From assembly GCA_964016885.1 (NCBI GenBank), contig OZ024740.1:259904001-259968000 (forward strand): a stretch of DNA of 64,000 nt. Direction: 5' to 3'. The notes beneath the pieces were generated by a model. The model did no database searches, had not been told where the DNA came from, and saw nothing but the letters and a program-made list of their open reading frames with translations. The translations under genes were made by a program, and so were the position numbers. Position 1 is the first letter of the stretch. The number at the start of each line of letters is the position of its first letter. Below are positions 1 to 12,000 of this stretch, one piece after another. The DNA comes from Eledone cirrhosa (Eukaryota).

Positions 1-75
1 AACTTTGCTTAATGTGGAAAATATGAAAAAAATGTAATTTTTCCAGCTCATCTACTAGACCATGATAACTTATAG

Positions 76-396
<321 letters not shown>

Positions 397-399
397 AGC

Positions 400-587
400 A
401 ATGTGGCCAGAAACAGCTCTGGATTTATGAAACAAAAAAAACCACACACTTTAAATGGATCCTATTTAAATTCCCATTATCCAATATAATTTTACATTGT
501 GAATGAAATAATAAACCCTTCAAAATTATTCATTACTTATTTGAAATAGAGTGCATTTTATATGAGATATGTTCAGGAAAGAGTTAA
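400..587. mobile_element. piggyBac-like MITE fragment (family of 3091-3330 and 5587-7418)
   Basis: Shares AAATAGAGTGCATTT internal motif with 3285-3300 and ends AAAGAG-TTAA. Confidence 0.55.
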
Positions 588-802
588 GAGTACAATCATC
601 ATTACTATCGTCACTATCACCGCTGTCATCATTATCATTGTTATCATAATCCCTACCGCTATCAACATTCTTCCCACCAACACCACCACCATCACCATCA
701 TCATTTCCATCCTCCAGATGGTGTTTATTTAAAATAAAACTATTGTGTGTTATCTGCAATGTATATGTGCATCTTTGTCTCGCTCTCTCTATATATATAT
801 AT

Positions 803-1182
803 AAAAACATCCAGCCCACACTGTAAAGTGGTCATGTAGGTGTCGCAACAAAAAGCATAGAGCCCACACTGTAAAGTGGTCATGTAGGTGTCATAACAAA
901 AAGCATAGAGCCCACACTGTAAAGTGGTCATGTAGGTGTCACAACAAAAAGCATAGAGCCCACACTGTAAAGTGGTCATGTAGGTGTCACAACAAAAAGC
1001 ATCCCAGCACACACACTGTAAATGTGGTTGGCATTAGGAATGGCATCCATCTGTAAAAACTTAGCCAGAAACAGTCCTATAATGAGCAAGACACACTCAC
1101 CTGACCTGACTTGCCTCTAATGGGACAACCTGCCTAACACCTGCTAGCGTGGAAAATGGTTGTTAAATGTTAATGTTGATGA

Positions 1183-1185
<3 letters not shown>
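803..1185 (+). mobile_element. RTE 3' UTR fragment with 4 tandem copies of a 48-bp unit
   Basis: AGCCCACACTGTAAAGTGGTCATGTAGGTGTCACAACAAAAAGCATAG units start at 813, 861, 909, 957; then GGTTGGCATTAGGAATGGCATCC...GCTAGCGTGGAA...GATGAT as in 27740-27918. Confidence 0.85.
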
Positions 1186-1222
<37 letters not shown>

Positions 1223-1242
1223 CGTTTCTGAAAGAATCCCCA

Positions 1243-1285
1243 GTCACTGAAGAGGTCACAGAATGTGTGACGAAAGAACTTTGAC
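1243..1285 (+). ncRNA. type I hammerhead ribozyme-like motif (imperfect)
   Basis: GUCA-CUGAAGA-G-GUCACA(gaaug)UGUGAC-GAAA-GaaC-UU-UGAC; one extra G before stem II and very short stem III. Confidence 0.5.
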
Positions 1286-2074
1286 AATATATAAACAACC
1301 ATCTGGTTGTGGAACCAACCAACCGAAAATTTATAAATTCCTAAATTTATAAATTTATTATAATAAATTGAAGTGAAAGCAACTGGTGCATGTGTTTCTT
1401 ATTGGCAACATGACCCTCCCAAAGTATAACAATATATATATATATATATCTATCGTGAAAAAAAGTGTGGACATTAGAAAAAATTCTATACAGATCATGT
1501 TATATAAAGAAAATCATAAAGGGTTTGAAAAGTGCACCTGGTATATATATAAAAAAGGGATATTTATAACATGTATACATGTTATAAAGATACTTTTTAT
1601 ATATATACCAGGTGCGTTTTTCAAACATATTTTTTTAATCATTTTAATGATTTGAAATTAGTTGGCCATCGAGCGAGTGTGGAAACAGCCGAAGTTATGT
1701 CTGTTCTATTTGACTTGCTTCATCTCCTAAATATTTTAACTCCCAGTGAACTATACTGCATGTAAACTGTATGTTGAACTTCCTATTTTTACCTAGTTCA
1801 ATTTATATTTTTATTGTTTGCTGTACTGCATTTGTTTTCTATTTGAAAACACACTGGTAGAGTGCTTTTGGCAATAATCATATTTTTTTATGTGAATTTC
1901 TCTGTCAATGTGATTCCCTGTACTTGGTTAGACCTGGCTTACCTCCTCTTTGATGTGATGCCACACATCACTAGAGGGCCTACTGCTACCTAACTTGAAA
2001 CCAGCAACTGAGGGAACTAGCACGGCATCTTGTCTTTCCTTAACAGATAGGCAAACTCTCGCTGGTGAAACATC

Positions 2075-2168
2075 CCAAACGTGGGACTTGAACTTAGAAT
2101 ATAAAGGGCTGTAACTATGCTGCAAAGCATGGTGTCTGACACTCTACCGATTCTTCCAATTCACCCCC
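2075..2168 (-). mobile_element. SINE family 2 head fragment
   Basis: Reverse-complement similarity to 42900-42990 (…TAACTATGCTGCAAAGCATGGTGTCTGACACTCTACCGAT…). Confidence 0.7.
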
Positions 2169-3090
2169 CCTTATATGTATATAAATAATAAGCATACAAT
2201 AAATCTTGCTAATGGAATTATTTTGATCCAGTACTGAGTGAGAAAACCTTACTGAAGATGGATAAAAAGCCTGAAACACTAATGTTGGGATTTCTCACAT
2301 GGCTGTGTAGTTGTGACTTGATCATCCAGAGCAAGACTTACATATGTTTATTAAACATAAACATATTGTATATACTTTCATATATGACTATTCTGAATCA
2401 CAGTGTTAGTGCTATTATGAAGTAATGTGTTTATGTGTGCAATGTGTCCATGTCCATGTGTGTCTGTATAATGTGTGTGTGTGTGAGAGTGAATGTGTGT
2501 ACGCGTGTGTGTGTCTGTATAATGTGTGTGTGTGTGTGTGAGAGTGAATGTGTGTGTGTGTGTGAGAGTGAATGTGTGTACGCGTGTGTGTGACACATTC
2601 CATCAAAGCTGTCTTTTGTTGTATTTTCATCTCTTATTTATAGAACTAACTTCTTATTTCTTAGTTGAAGTAGTGTAGGAGGAGTGGGGGGAGGGATGTA
2701 CAGTAGGTGGTGGGAGTTGATGGTGGTGGTTGTTGTTTAGAGTAGGTGGTGGTAGTGGTGATGATGTTAGAGTAGGTGGTGGTAGTGATGTTAGATGGTG
2801 GTAGTGTTAATAGTGGTGATGATGTAAGTGTTGAAGTAGGTAGTGGTGATGATGTTAGAGTAGGTGGTGGTGTACTACTTGTCTGTTTACTTAACATTTA
2901 AAACTGTTTTGTTTCACCTCCTTTGTCCAGGCATATTCCATGCTATATACCAGCAGACACAAATTCTATTATACTCCATCATACACTTGTACAACTTCAA
3001 ATATCTTTTAGATTTTTACTGTCATTTTTGTTGTAGTTGCCTTGTTGCCACCACAACCACATTCTCTTGTAGCAGAATAAACAAATTCAT

Positions 3091-3330
3091 TTAACCTTTT
3101 AGTTACCAACTCAGTCAAAAGTGGCTCTGGTTCTATCAAACAAAGTCACCCATTTTAAAGGTTTCCAATTTTAATTAAAAAATCTTCTAACATAATTATA
3201 ACAACGTTACATTAAGTTATTATTTTAGTAATGAAATAATTAATAATTTTAGTAAATCCCTCGAAATTCTTCATTAATTCATTAAAATAGAGTGCATTTC
3301 AAGAGAAATGTGGTTATGTGGTTATTAAAG
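3091..3330. mobile_element. piggyBac-like MITE (~240 bp)
   Basis: Starts TTAA-CCTTTTAGTTACCAAC; reverse-complement homolog of 5587-5815; further copies near 41830-41970, 58890-59075, 62009-62180. Confidence 0.65.
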
Positions 3331-3339
3331 GATAGATTT

Positions 3340-4090
3340 TGTGTTGGCATTGATGTTGGTGGAGGTGTTGGTGGAGGTGGTGTTGGTGGAGGTGGTGTTG
3401 GTGGTTGTGGTGTTGGTGGTGGAGGTGTTGGTGTTAGTGGTGTTGGTGGTGTTGGTGGTGTTGGTGGAGGTGGTGTTGGTGGTGTTGTTGGAGGTGGTGT
3501 TGGTAGTGGAGGTGTTGGTGGTGGAGGTGTTGGTGGTGGAGGTGTTGGTGGTGTTGGAGGTGGAGGTGTTGGTGGTGGAGGTGGAGGTGTTGGAGGTGTT
3601 GGTGGTGGAGGTGTTGGAGGTGGAGGTGTTGGTGGAGGTGTTAGTGGAGGTGTTGGTGTCAGTGGTGTCGGTGGAGATGGTGTTAGTGGTGATGGTGGTG
3701 TGGTGTTGGTGGTGTGGTGTTGTTGGAGGTGGTGTTGTTGGTGGTGGTGGTGGAGGTGGTGGAGGTGTTGGTGGAGGTGGTGGAGGTGTTGGTGGTGTTG
3801 GTGGAGGTGTTGGTGGAGGTGGTGGAGATGGTGTTGGTGGTGTGGTGTTGGTGGTGTGGTGTTGGTGGTGTGGTGGTGTTGGTGGTGGAGGTGTTGGTGT
3901 TAGTGGGTTGGTGTTAGTGGGTTGGTGGAGGTGTTAGTGGTGTTGGTGGAGGTGTTAGTGGTGTTGGTGGAGGTGTTAGTGGTGTTGGTGGAGGTGTTAG
4001 TGGTGTTGGTGGAGGTGGTGTTAGTGGAGGTGGTGTTGGTGGCGGTGTTATTGTTAGTGGTGGTGGAGGTGTTGGTGTTGGTGGTGTTTG
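3340..4090. repeat. degenerate (GGT/GTT/GGA)n low-complexity repeat
   Basis: Direct inspection; overlapping ORFs are poly-G/V/W artefacts. Confidence 0.95.
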
Positions 4091-4225
4091 ACATCACCGT
4101 TTGTTTTTCAGACCTAGTGTATCTACAACTACATTATCCAATGTCTGCTGACATTTTTCAAGATAATAGATACTGAGGAGGGCGTGACAATGGCAGGTAC
4201 ATGTTGTAGAGGGAAAGAAAGAGAG

Positions 4226-4700
4226 TGAGGTGCATAGTGTAGTGGTTAATATGTTCCTCTCACAATCATAAGGTCGTGGGTATGATTCCTCGGCCAGACG
4301 ATGTGCTGTGTTCTCATGCAAGACCATTTTTAAAAAGTGAACAACATTAGTAAATACATCACCTCTCCATTTAGTGACTAGTTATGTACATAACAAATGA
4401 TATATTTCTTTATTTACATACAAACATGTCACATGCATTTTCATACCCACTCTATTATATTTTTAATAAAACATACAAATATAAAGAAAGTGACAAAATT
4501 TGTTTTAATAATTAAATGTTTTTTGTTGTTGTTTTTGTCAATGTAGCTATGAAGAGCCTAGTGGTTAAAGTGTTTCACTAACTTTTTGTCAATGTAGCTA
4601 TAAAGACACATGTTGGACTAACAAGCATAAGGTCATGGATTCACTTCTTGGACCAGGTAGTCTGTTGTGTTCTTGAGCAAGACATTTCATTTCATGTTAT
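4226..4700 (+). mobile_element. two decayed SINE family 1 heads (4226-4325, ~4545-4700)
   Basis: Box A-like TAGTGGTTA, box B-like GATTC, and TGTGTTCTTGAGCAAGACATTTCATTTCA as in 53695-53730. Confidence 0.65.
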
Positions 4701-4920
4701 TTCTCCTAAAAGAACTGGGTTCCCCGCCCGACCACCATTAAACACCATTGCCATTAAATCTCATGAGATGAGCTTTAAAGGAGGCTAGCTAAATCACAAT
4801 GTAAAGCTTTCTGTTACAAAGTCTTATAGATTCTGCCAACCCACATAATAATAACAGGTGCCTCAGCATGGCTACAGCCTGTAGGCTAAAATAAGTAATA
4901 GAGTAACATTTATTATAATA

Positions 4921-5225
4921 ATGACAACTACTACAACAACAACAATTACTACTGCAGCAACAAAGATAACAATAATGACAACAACAATAATGACAACAAC
5001 TACAACAACAACGATAACAACAGCAATGACAACAATAACGACAATGATAATAACTACTACAGCAACAATAACAATAATAATAATGACTAAAACAACAACA
5101 GCAACAATGACATCAACTACTTCAACAATAACAAAAACAACAGTAGCAACAACAATAATAACAACAAATATAGCAATAAGAAAAACAACAACAACTATGG
5201 CAAAAACAACAACAATAAAGACTAA
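4921..5225. repeat. degenerate (AAC/AAT)n microsatellite
   Basis: Direct inspection. Confidence 0.9.
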
Positions 5226-5586
5226 GAAGATATTTGCTACAAAGTAGAACTATTTCAACAGTCTGTGATTAATTTTTCACTACAGAAGAAGCCATCCAAC
5301 AGCTAAAAAATAAACAATTATTTAGTCAGAGGTCATTAAATTATAATGGTGAAAGTGTATGGCTTAGTGGTTAGTACCTTGTTTCTCCTATTAGAAGACA
5401 GATCTTGTAACAATTTGCTTTCAAAAAAAGGTGGGGAGGGCACTAGAGGTTATTTTTGGGGTAGTGCTTGTATTTTTACACAAAAGGTAGCACAAGAGTT
5501 TTCATAAAAGTATCATTATACTGATGTCAAAAATAAAAATTAAATAAAAGCTATAAATATTATGGAGTTAAAAAAAATATTATTAA

Positions 5587-7418
5587 TCCTTTCATGATTG
5601 CATTTCTAATGAAATACACTCTATTTTGATTAATTAGTGAAGATTTTTGAGGGATTTACTAAAATTACTATTTATTTCATTACTAAGATAGTAACTTAAT
5701 ATAAGGTTCTTATATAAAATTATATTGGGAGATTTAAATTTAAATAGGAAAACTTTCAAATGGATGGTTTTGTATCATAGAAGCAGAACTGGTTTTGGCC
5801 AGGTTGGGAACTAAAGGTTTTGTATAATAGAAGCAGAACTGGTTTTGGCCAGGTTGGGAACTAAAGGTTTTGTATAATAGAACCAGAACTGGTTTTGGCC
5901 AGGTTGGGAATTAAAGGTTTTGTATAATAGAACCAAAACTGGTTTTGGCCAGGTTGGGAACTAAAGGTTTTGTATAATAGAACCAGAACTGGTTTGGGCC
6001 AGGTTGGGAACTAAAGGGTTTGTATAATAGAACCAGAACTGGTTTGGGCCAGGTTGGGAACTAAAGGGTTTGTATAATAGAAGCAGAACTGGTTTTGGCC
6101 AGGTTGGGAACTAAAGGTTTTGTATAATAGAAGCAGAACTGGTTTTGGCCAGGTTGGGAACTAAAGGTTTTGTATAATAGAAGCAGAACTGGTTTTGGCC
6201 AGGTTGGGAACTAAAGGTTTTGTATAATAGAACCAGAACTGGTTTTGGCCAGGTTGGGAATTAAAGGTTTTGTATAATAGAACCAAAACTGGTTTTGGCC
6301 AGGTTGGGAACTAAAGGTTTTGTATAATAGAACCAGAACTGGTTTTGGCCAGGTTGGGAACTAAAGGGTTTGTATAATAGAACCAGAACTGGTTTGGGCC
6401 AGGTTGGGAACTAAAGGGTTTGTATAATAGAAGCAGAACTGGTTTTGGCCAGGTTGGGAACTAAAGGTTTTGTATAATAGAAGCAGAACTGGTTTTGGCC
6501 AGGTTGGGAACTAAAGGTTTTGTATAATAGAACCAGAACTGGTTTTGGCCAGGTTGGGAACTAAAGGTTTTGTATAATAGAACCAGAACTGGTTTGGGCC
6601 AGGTTGGGAACTAAAGGTTTTGTATAATAGAAGCAGAACTGGTTTTGGCCAGGTTGGGAACTAAAGGGTTTGTATAATAGAACCAGAACTGGTTTTGGCC
6701 AGGTTGGGAACTAAAGGTTTTGTATAATAGAACCAGAACTGGTTTTGGTCAGGTTGGGAACTAAAGGTTTTGTATAATAGAACCAGAACTGGTTTTGGCC
6801 AGGTTGGGAACTAAAGGGTTTGTATAATAGAACCAGAACTGGTTTTGGCCAGGTTGGGAACTAAAGGGTTTGTATAATAGAAGCAGAACTGGTTTGGGCC
6901 AGGTTGGGAACTAAAGGTTTTGTATAATAGAACCAGAACTGGTTTTGGCCAGGTTGGGAACTAAAGGTTTTGTATAATAGAACCAGAACTGGTTTTGGCC
7001 AGGTTGGGAACTAAAGGGTTTGTATAATAGAACCAGAACTGGTTTGGGCCAGGTTGGGAACTAAAGGTTTTGTATAATAGAACCAGAACTGGTTTTGGCC
7101 AGGTTGGGAACTAAAGGTTTTGTATAATAGAACCAGAACTGGTTTTGGCCAGGTTGGGAACTAAAGGTTTTGTATAATAGAACCAGAACTGGTTTTGGCC
7201 AGGTTGGGAACTAAAGGTTTTGTATCATAGATCCAGAGCTGGTTTTGGCTAGGTTGGGAACTAAAGGTTTTGTATCATAGAACCAGAACTGGTTTTGGCC
7301 AGGTTGGGAACTAAAGGTTTTGTATAATAGAACCAGAACTGGTTTTGGCCAGGTTGGGAACTAAAGGTTTTGTATCATAGATCCAGAGCTGGTTTTGGCT
7401 AGGTTGGGAACTAAAGAG
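5587..7418. mobile_element. piggyBac-like MITE with TTAA duplication whose terminal 50 bp is tandemly amplified
   Basis: TTAA at 5583-86 and 7419-22; ends TCCTTT...AAAGAG; body homologous to 3091-3330. Confidence 0.7.
5766..7415. repeat. 50-bp minisatellite, 33 copies
   Basis: Unit GGTTTTGTATAATAGAACCAGAACTGGTTTTGGCCAGGTTGGGAACTAAA, exact 50-bp period with few substitutions. Confidence 0.97.
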
Positions 7419-7659
7419 TTAAAAGAACTTATAATATTAGTAATCAGGAAGACTCTGGAAATTTGAGTTTTATATTATTTTTTATATTAATTTTTCTAGC
7501 AAAAATGTGCTAGGGCCTGTTTTGGGTGTAGCAACATAAAAATCCTGCTAGGGCTTATTTTTGGAGTAGATGTTATAATAGGGGAAACATGGTAGTATCT
7601 GGCTCAGGATCTTAAGTTTGTCAGTTCGTGACAAGGTTGGCTATTTGAATTACGGTAAC

Positions 7660-7790
7660 AACTCAATTTTGCCAGCAGCATGGATAGGAGCAATGTGAAA
7701 TAAAATGTGTTGCTTAAGGACATAACGAATCACCGGGAATCAAACTTAGGATCATATGACCATGAAGCAAACACCCTCATCACACGTTAT
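7660..7790 (-). mobile_element. SINE family 1 fragment
   Basis: GAGCAATGTGAAATAAAATGTGTTGCTTAAGG is the reverse complement of the core at 53703-53735. Confidence 0.7.
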
Positions 7791-9011
7791 TTTACCTAAG
7801 AACCATTTGTTAACTTTTGATACCAAACTTCTTGAAATCGCCACTGATACAAAACTGTTTGCTTAAAGATGGCCAACTGAATATGCACGGGTGTTCTTTT
7901 CTTCTCATTTTCAGGGGAGGCTCGTATGCATGAGTGGCTACTGCTCTTCCTCAAACAACCTTGCCTGGATGTGTTCCTCGGTGGGAAACTTTCTAGGTGC
8001 AATTCACATGGTCATTCGTGACTGAAGGGGGTCATCGAACTATATACATATATATGTATATATAAGTTAAAACAATGAAATAAAAAATCAAGTCATTAGA
8101 AATATACTTCACTGCTTTACGATCGTTTCTAGGTGATGATAATACATTGTAACTATACTTCTTTATCGATCTATGTAAGGTTAGTTACAAAATATCAGAT
8201 AGGGAGAATATTTACTTACATGCATATCACCAGCTGTTGTCAAAAGCAATAATAATTTAATTCAAAATTAGTAGTAAAATAGTAGTAAGTTTAGTTCTAT
8301 GACCTTATTTGGAGGTAGCTGGAGAACTAACCAATCAGATTGTTTTTTTTCCATATGATGTTAAGATGAAAAATAATTAACTTAAGTTGAGGTCATGACC
8401 CTTTGAAAGGAATGGTTGAATGGTATTAATAATAGAATTGCTACAAAAAATCTATTAGGAAGTAGGGGATTGTCAAATTGATAGTTGAATGTATATGGTA
8501 TAGTGAAGTTTAAAAGGAATGTACAAATTAAATGTTGAGTTGTGTTGTATGGAGTTTTTAGGTGAATATATATTGAGGTCATGACTAGGAAAGATGGTAT
8601 ATTAAAAGATGAAAATTATAATAAGATAATGAAATACAGTAATACAATAATATAATATAACGTAATGTGGTAAATTGTACTTAGTATAATACAGCGTATG
8701 ATACACCTTAAAATACTTTCAAGTATGTCTATGTATAAATAATCAAATTCAGATAAATGCATGTTGACATAGTCAAAACACATAAATTTCATAGATAGAG
8801 GTATAGTTAAATTAATACTCAACCAAAAATATACATATATATATATATATATATATGACATTAAACTGCATCCAGTGACAAGGCTGGAGTTCAGGGGCTG
8901 TGGAGAATGTGGAGTCACCCCTTAGCTGTTATAACTCCCATGTCTGCTCTGGCCCAGTCTAGCAGTACCTGTTAAGGCCCCACTTATGAGTTAAATAATT
9001 AACTTACTAGA

Positions 9012-12000
9012 ATGTCGCTGGTAAGGTATTATCAGCAATTGCAAAGAACTATGGAGAGTGTATTTAACAGCACTAGGGTCAGAGCCCCTAACAACACTGT
9101 CAAGGAGCAGTTTGGTCGTTATGACTCTGCTGGTTTAGAGCCACAAGGATGGCCAGTGGCTGATGGATCAGCTGTCTCTGAGACAAATATAGAGAATGCA
9201 GTTTTGTCCTGCAGAAGAGCCATTAAAATCGGCACTCTGAATGTGAGGACTGTTCGGATGCTGGAGCAGAGAAAGGAATTGGGTCATCTGTTCAAGGAGA
9301 GTGGTATACAGATCCTTGCTTGTGCATACGATTGTGACACCACTCCGGTGACGATAAGTGAAATCTCTGACACTATTCGAAAACTAAAAAACAACAAGGC
9401 ATCTGGAGAAGATGGTATTCCTGCTGAGATTCTTAAACACTCTACCGACATATTAGCCCCGTTCCTTCACAAAATCATTGTCCGTGTCTGGGAATCCGAA
9501 AGCCTCCCCCAAGACTGGAGCGATGCTGTTCTGCTTCTGTTTTTCAAGAAAGGCGATAAACACTGTTGCAGCAACTACCGCGGTATAAACCTAATCGACA
9601 TTGCCACTAAGATATTCGCTACCATATTGCAAAAATTATTTCAAAATCAACGAGATTCCCGCACAAGGCCAAATCAATGCGGTTTTCATCCTGGTCGAGG
9701 GTGTACAGATCAGATTTTCACGCTGCGTCGGGTACTTGAGCAACGCAGGTGCTATCAGCAAAAGACCCTCATTTGCTTCATAGATTTTGCCGCTGCTTTT
9801 GATTCAGTTAATCGTGAAGCCCTTTGGAAGGTTATACATGCAGATGGTATGCTACCGAAACTCCTTGACCTCCTGCTAAAATCCTATACATTTTTACCCG
9901 CAGTAAGGTCCGCGCTTATGGTCAAGAATCCCAGTTCTTCGACATCCGCTCTGGCGTTCGACAAGGCTGTGTTCTGTCGCCTACCTTGTTCAATTATGCT
10001 ATTGATTGGGTCACCACCCATGCACTCATGAACTTTCCTGGTGTCACAGTGGGCTATAATTTCACGCTGTCAGACCTGGACTATGCTGACGATATAGCGA
10101 TTCTGGGAGAAAGCTTTACAGACATCCAGTTGGCAATCAATAAGCTACAGTTCTTTGCCTCCAAACTCGGCATGAAAGTGAATGCACAGAAGACCAAGCT
10201 GCTGACTGCAGGTTTCTTGCCCGCTGAAAAACAACCGATTGTCCTCGACGGAGAAACCCTTAAAGAGGTTGATCGCTTTAAGTACCTAGGTTCTATAGTC
10301 ACTGCAACAGGCCAAGGAGTTGGGGATATAAATGGTCGCATCGGTAACGCTCATCTCGTCTTCTGTCGTCTACGCACTCGGCTGTGGAGTAAACATGAAA
10401 TTAAACTGACCACCAAAATTCAGATCTACCAAGCCCTTGTCCGAACAATCCTGCTATATGGCTGCAAAACCTGGCCACTGAGAGCAGAGGAAATGCACAA
10501 ACTCGAAGTGTTCGGCCATCATTGTTTACACAGCATCCTTCGTGTCGCTGGCAGCAATTCATCTCAAATTCTGCAATCCGTGCACACGGCAAAGTCTCCT
10601 CCCTCCAGCAGGCTCTTCTCACGAGGTGTCTTTGCTGGCTTGGTCATGCTCTCCGTCGACAACCAGGCGACTTCGTCCGCAAAGCCATTGATCCATCTCC
10701 TCCGTTGGGATGGAGAAAACGTTGTGAAGGCCAACTGAAAACGTGGCTTAGGACAGTGAGGCAAGACGCTGAGTTGATCTTAGGCCCACACCTGTGTGGA
10801 GTTCGGCGATGGAACCGCGAATGGTTGACGCTCATATCTTCGATAGCGTCGGACCGTCCTGCTTGGTCGGCCTTCATTCGGGATACGGTAAATTCGTTGG
10901 ACGGGTCAACCGACCCAGGGTGAATGCCGTCACGCACGCAAGTGTAACCTTCAATGGAAACCCAAGGTTGACAGTCATCTCAGCCTATAGTCCAACTGAA
11001 GGAGACAGTGATGTAAGTGCAGAGAAGTTCTATGAGGAAGTGTGTAGAGCTGTCAACACCACACCAGCTCATAACATCCTGCTTGTTCTGAGTGACTTCA
11101 ATGCACAACTGAGTAAGGAGAGCAGTGAAGCTCCTTGCTGGTACTTTCATAACAACACCAACCGAAATGGAAGACTACTGAGGGACACCCTGCTGGAGGC
11201 GAACTATAAGGCAACCAACCTAAGGTTTAGGAAGAAACCGGGGAAGATCTGGATCTACATCTTTGATATGCACCTGTCCAAGTCCTAGATCGATTTCATT
11301 CTGGTGAGAAAGAAGTGGTGGAATAGTGTACTGAACACAGAACCATACAACTAATTCAGTACAGTGGGCAGTGACCACCGGCTTGTTATGAGTGAGGTCT
11401 GGGTGAGCTTAAGAAAGAGTAAGGCTCAGCTTCAGAGAGCAATCTATAACTGGGGAGCTTTCAAAGAAGATAATAAGCCACAGGAGAGGTACACAAGAAG
11501 TGAGGAATAGGTTCAGTGCTCTGTGGAGAGGCAGAGGAGAGGGAGATATTGGAGGAACTGAGGAGTGTGACAAGGAGGTATGGGTACTTCACCACTGCAG
11601 TGGCAGAAGCTAGTGAGGCCCTGGTGCTGAGAAGAGAGAAGAAGAGGAAGAATGTCAGCTTTGCAGACCCAAAAATGTGTGCAACCAGAGAACACCTGAA
11701 AGCTGCCAGGGACCAATTCCATGCCGATCCTACGGAGGAGAGGAAGGAGAATGTGGAGGTGATAAAGAAAGAAAGAACTGTGTACCGCTTACACTGAGGC
11801 CAGAGAGGAGGCGCTGATAGAGAAGATCAGAAGTGTGGAGAGAGCGGTTGACAGGTCTAGGTGTAAAGAGATCTGGGCGATCGTCAACGAGATCACAGGG
11901 ACAAAGAATGGGAGTTCGAATCAGATCCAGGGAACAGGGCCCAAGGATAGAAAGAAGAAATGATTGGACCATTTTAAGACCCTACTAGGAGAGCCACCTT

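Larger units (their letters stand above)
5377..7592. mobile_element. Tc2/pogo-like MITE with TA target duplication, split by a nested piggyBac-like MITE
   Basis: TIRs CCTTGTTTCTCCTATTAGAAGA (5377) and TGTTATAATAGGGGAAACATGG (to 7592); TA at 5375-76 and 7593-94; flanks rejoin into a SINE family 1 tRNA head. Confidence 0.7.

Noticed and set aside
4118-4196. plus-strand exon candidate CIYNYIIQCLLTFFKIIDTEEGVTMA
   Set aside because: The better acceptor (4111) gives stops in all frames; no supporting partner exons or homology
5766-7415. CRISPR-like array (also 813-1004 and 55345-56048)
   Set aside because: Units are contiguous with no unique spacers, no cas genes, eukaryotic context
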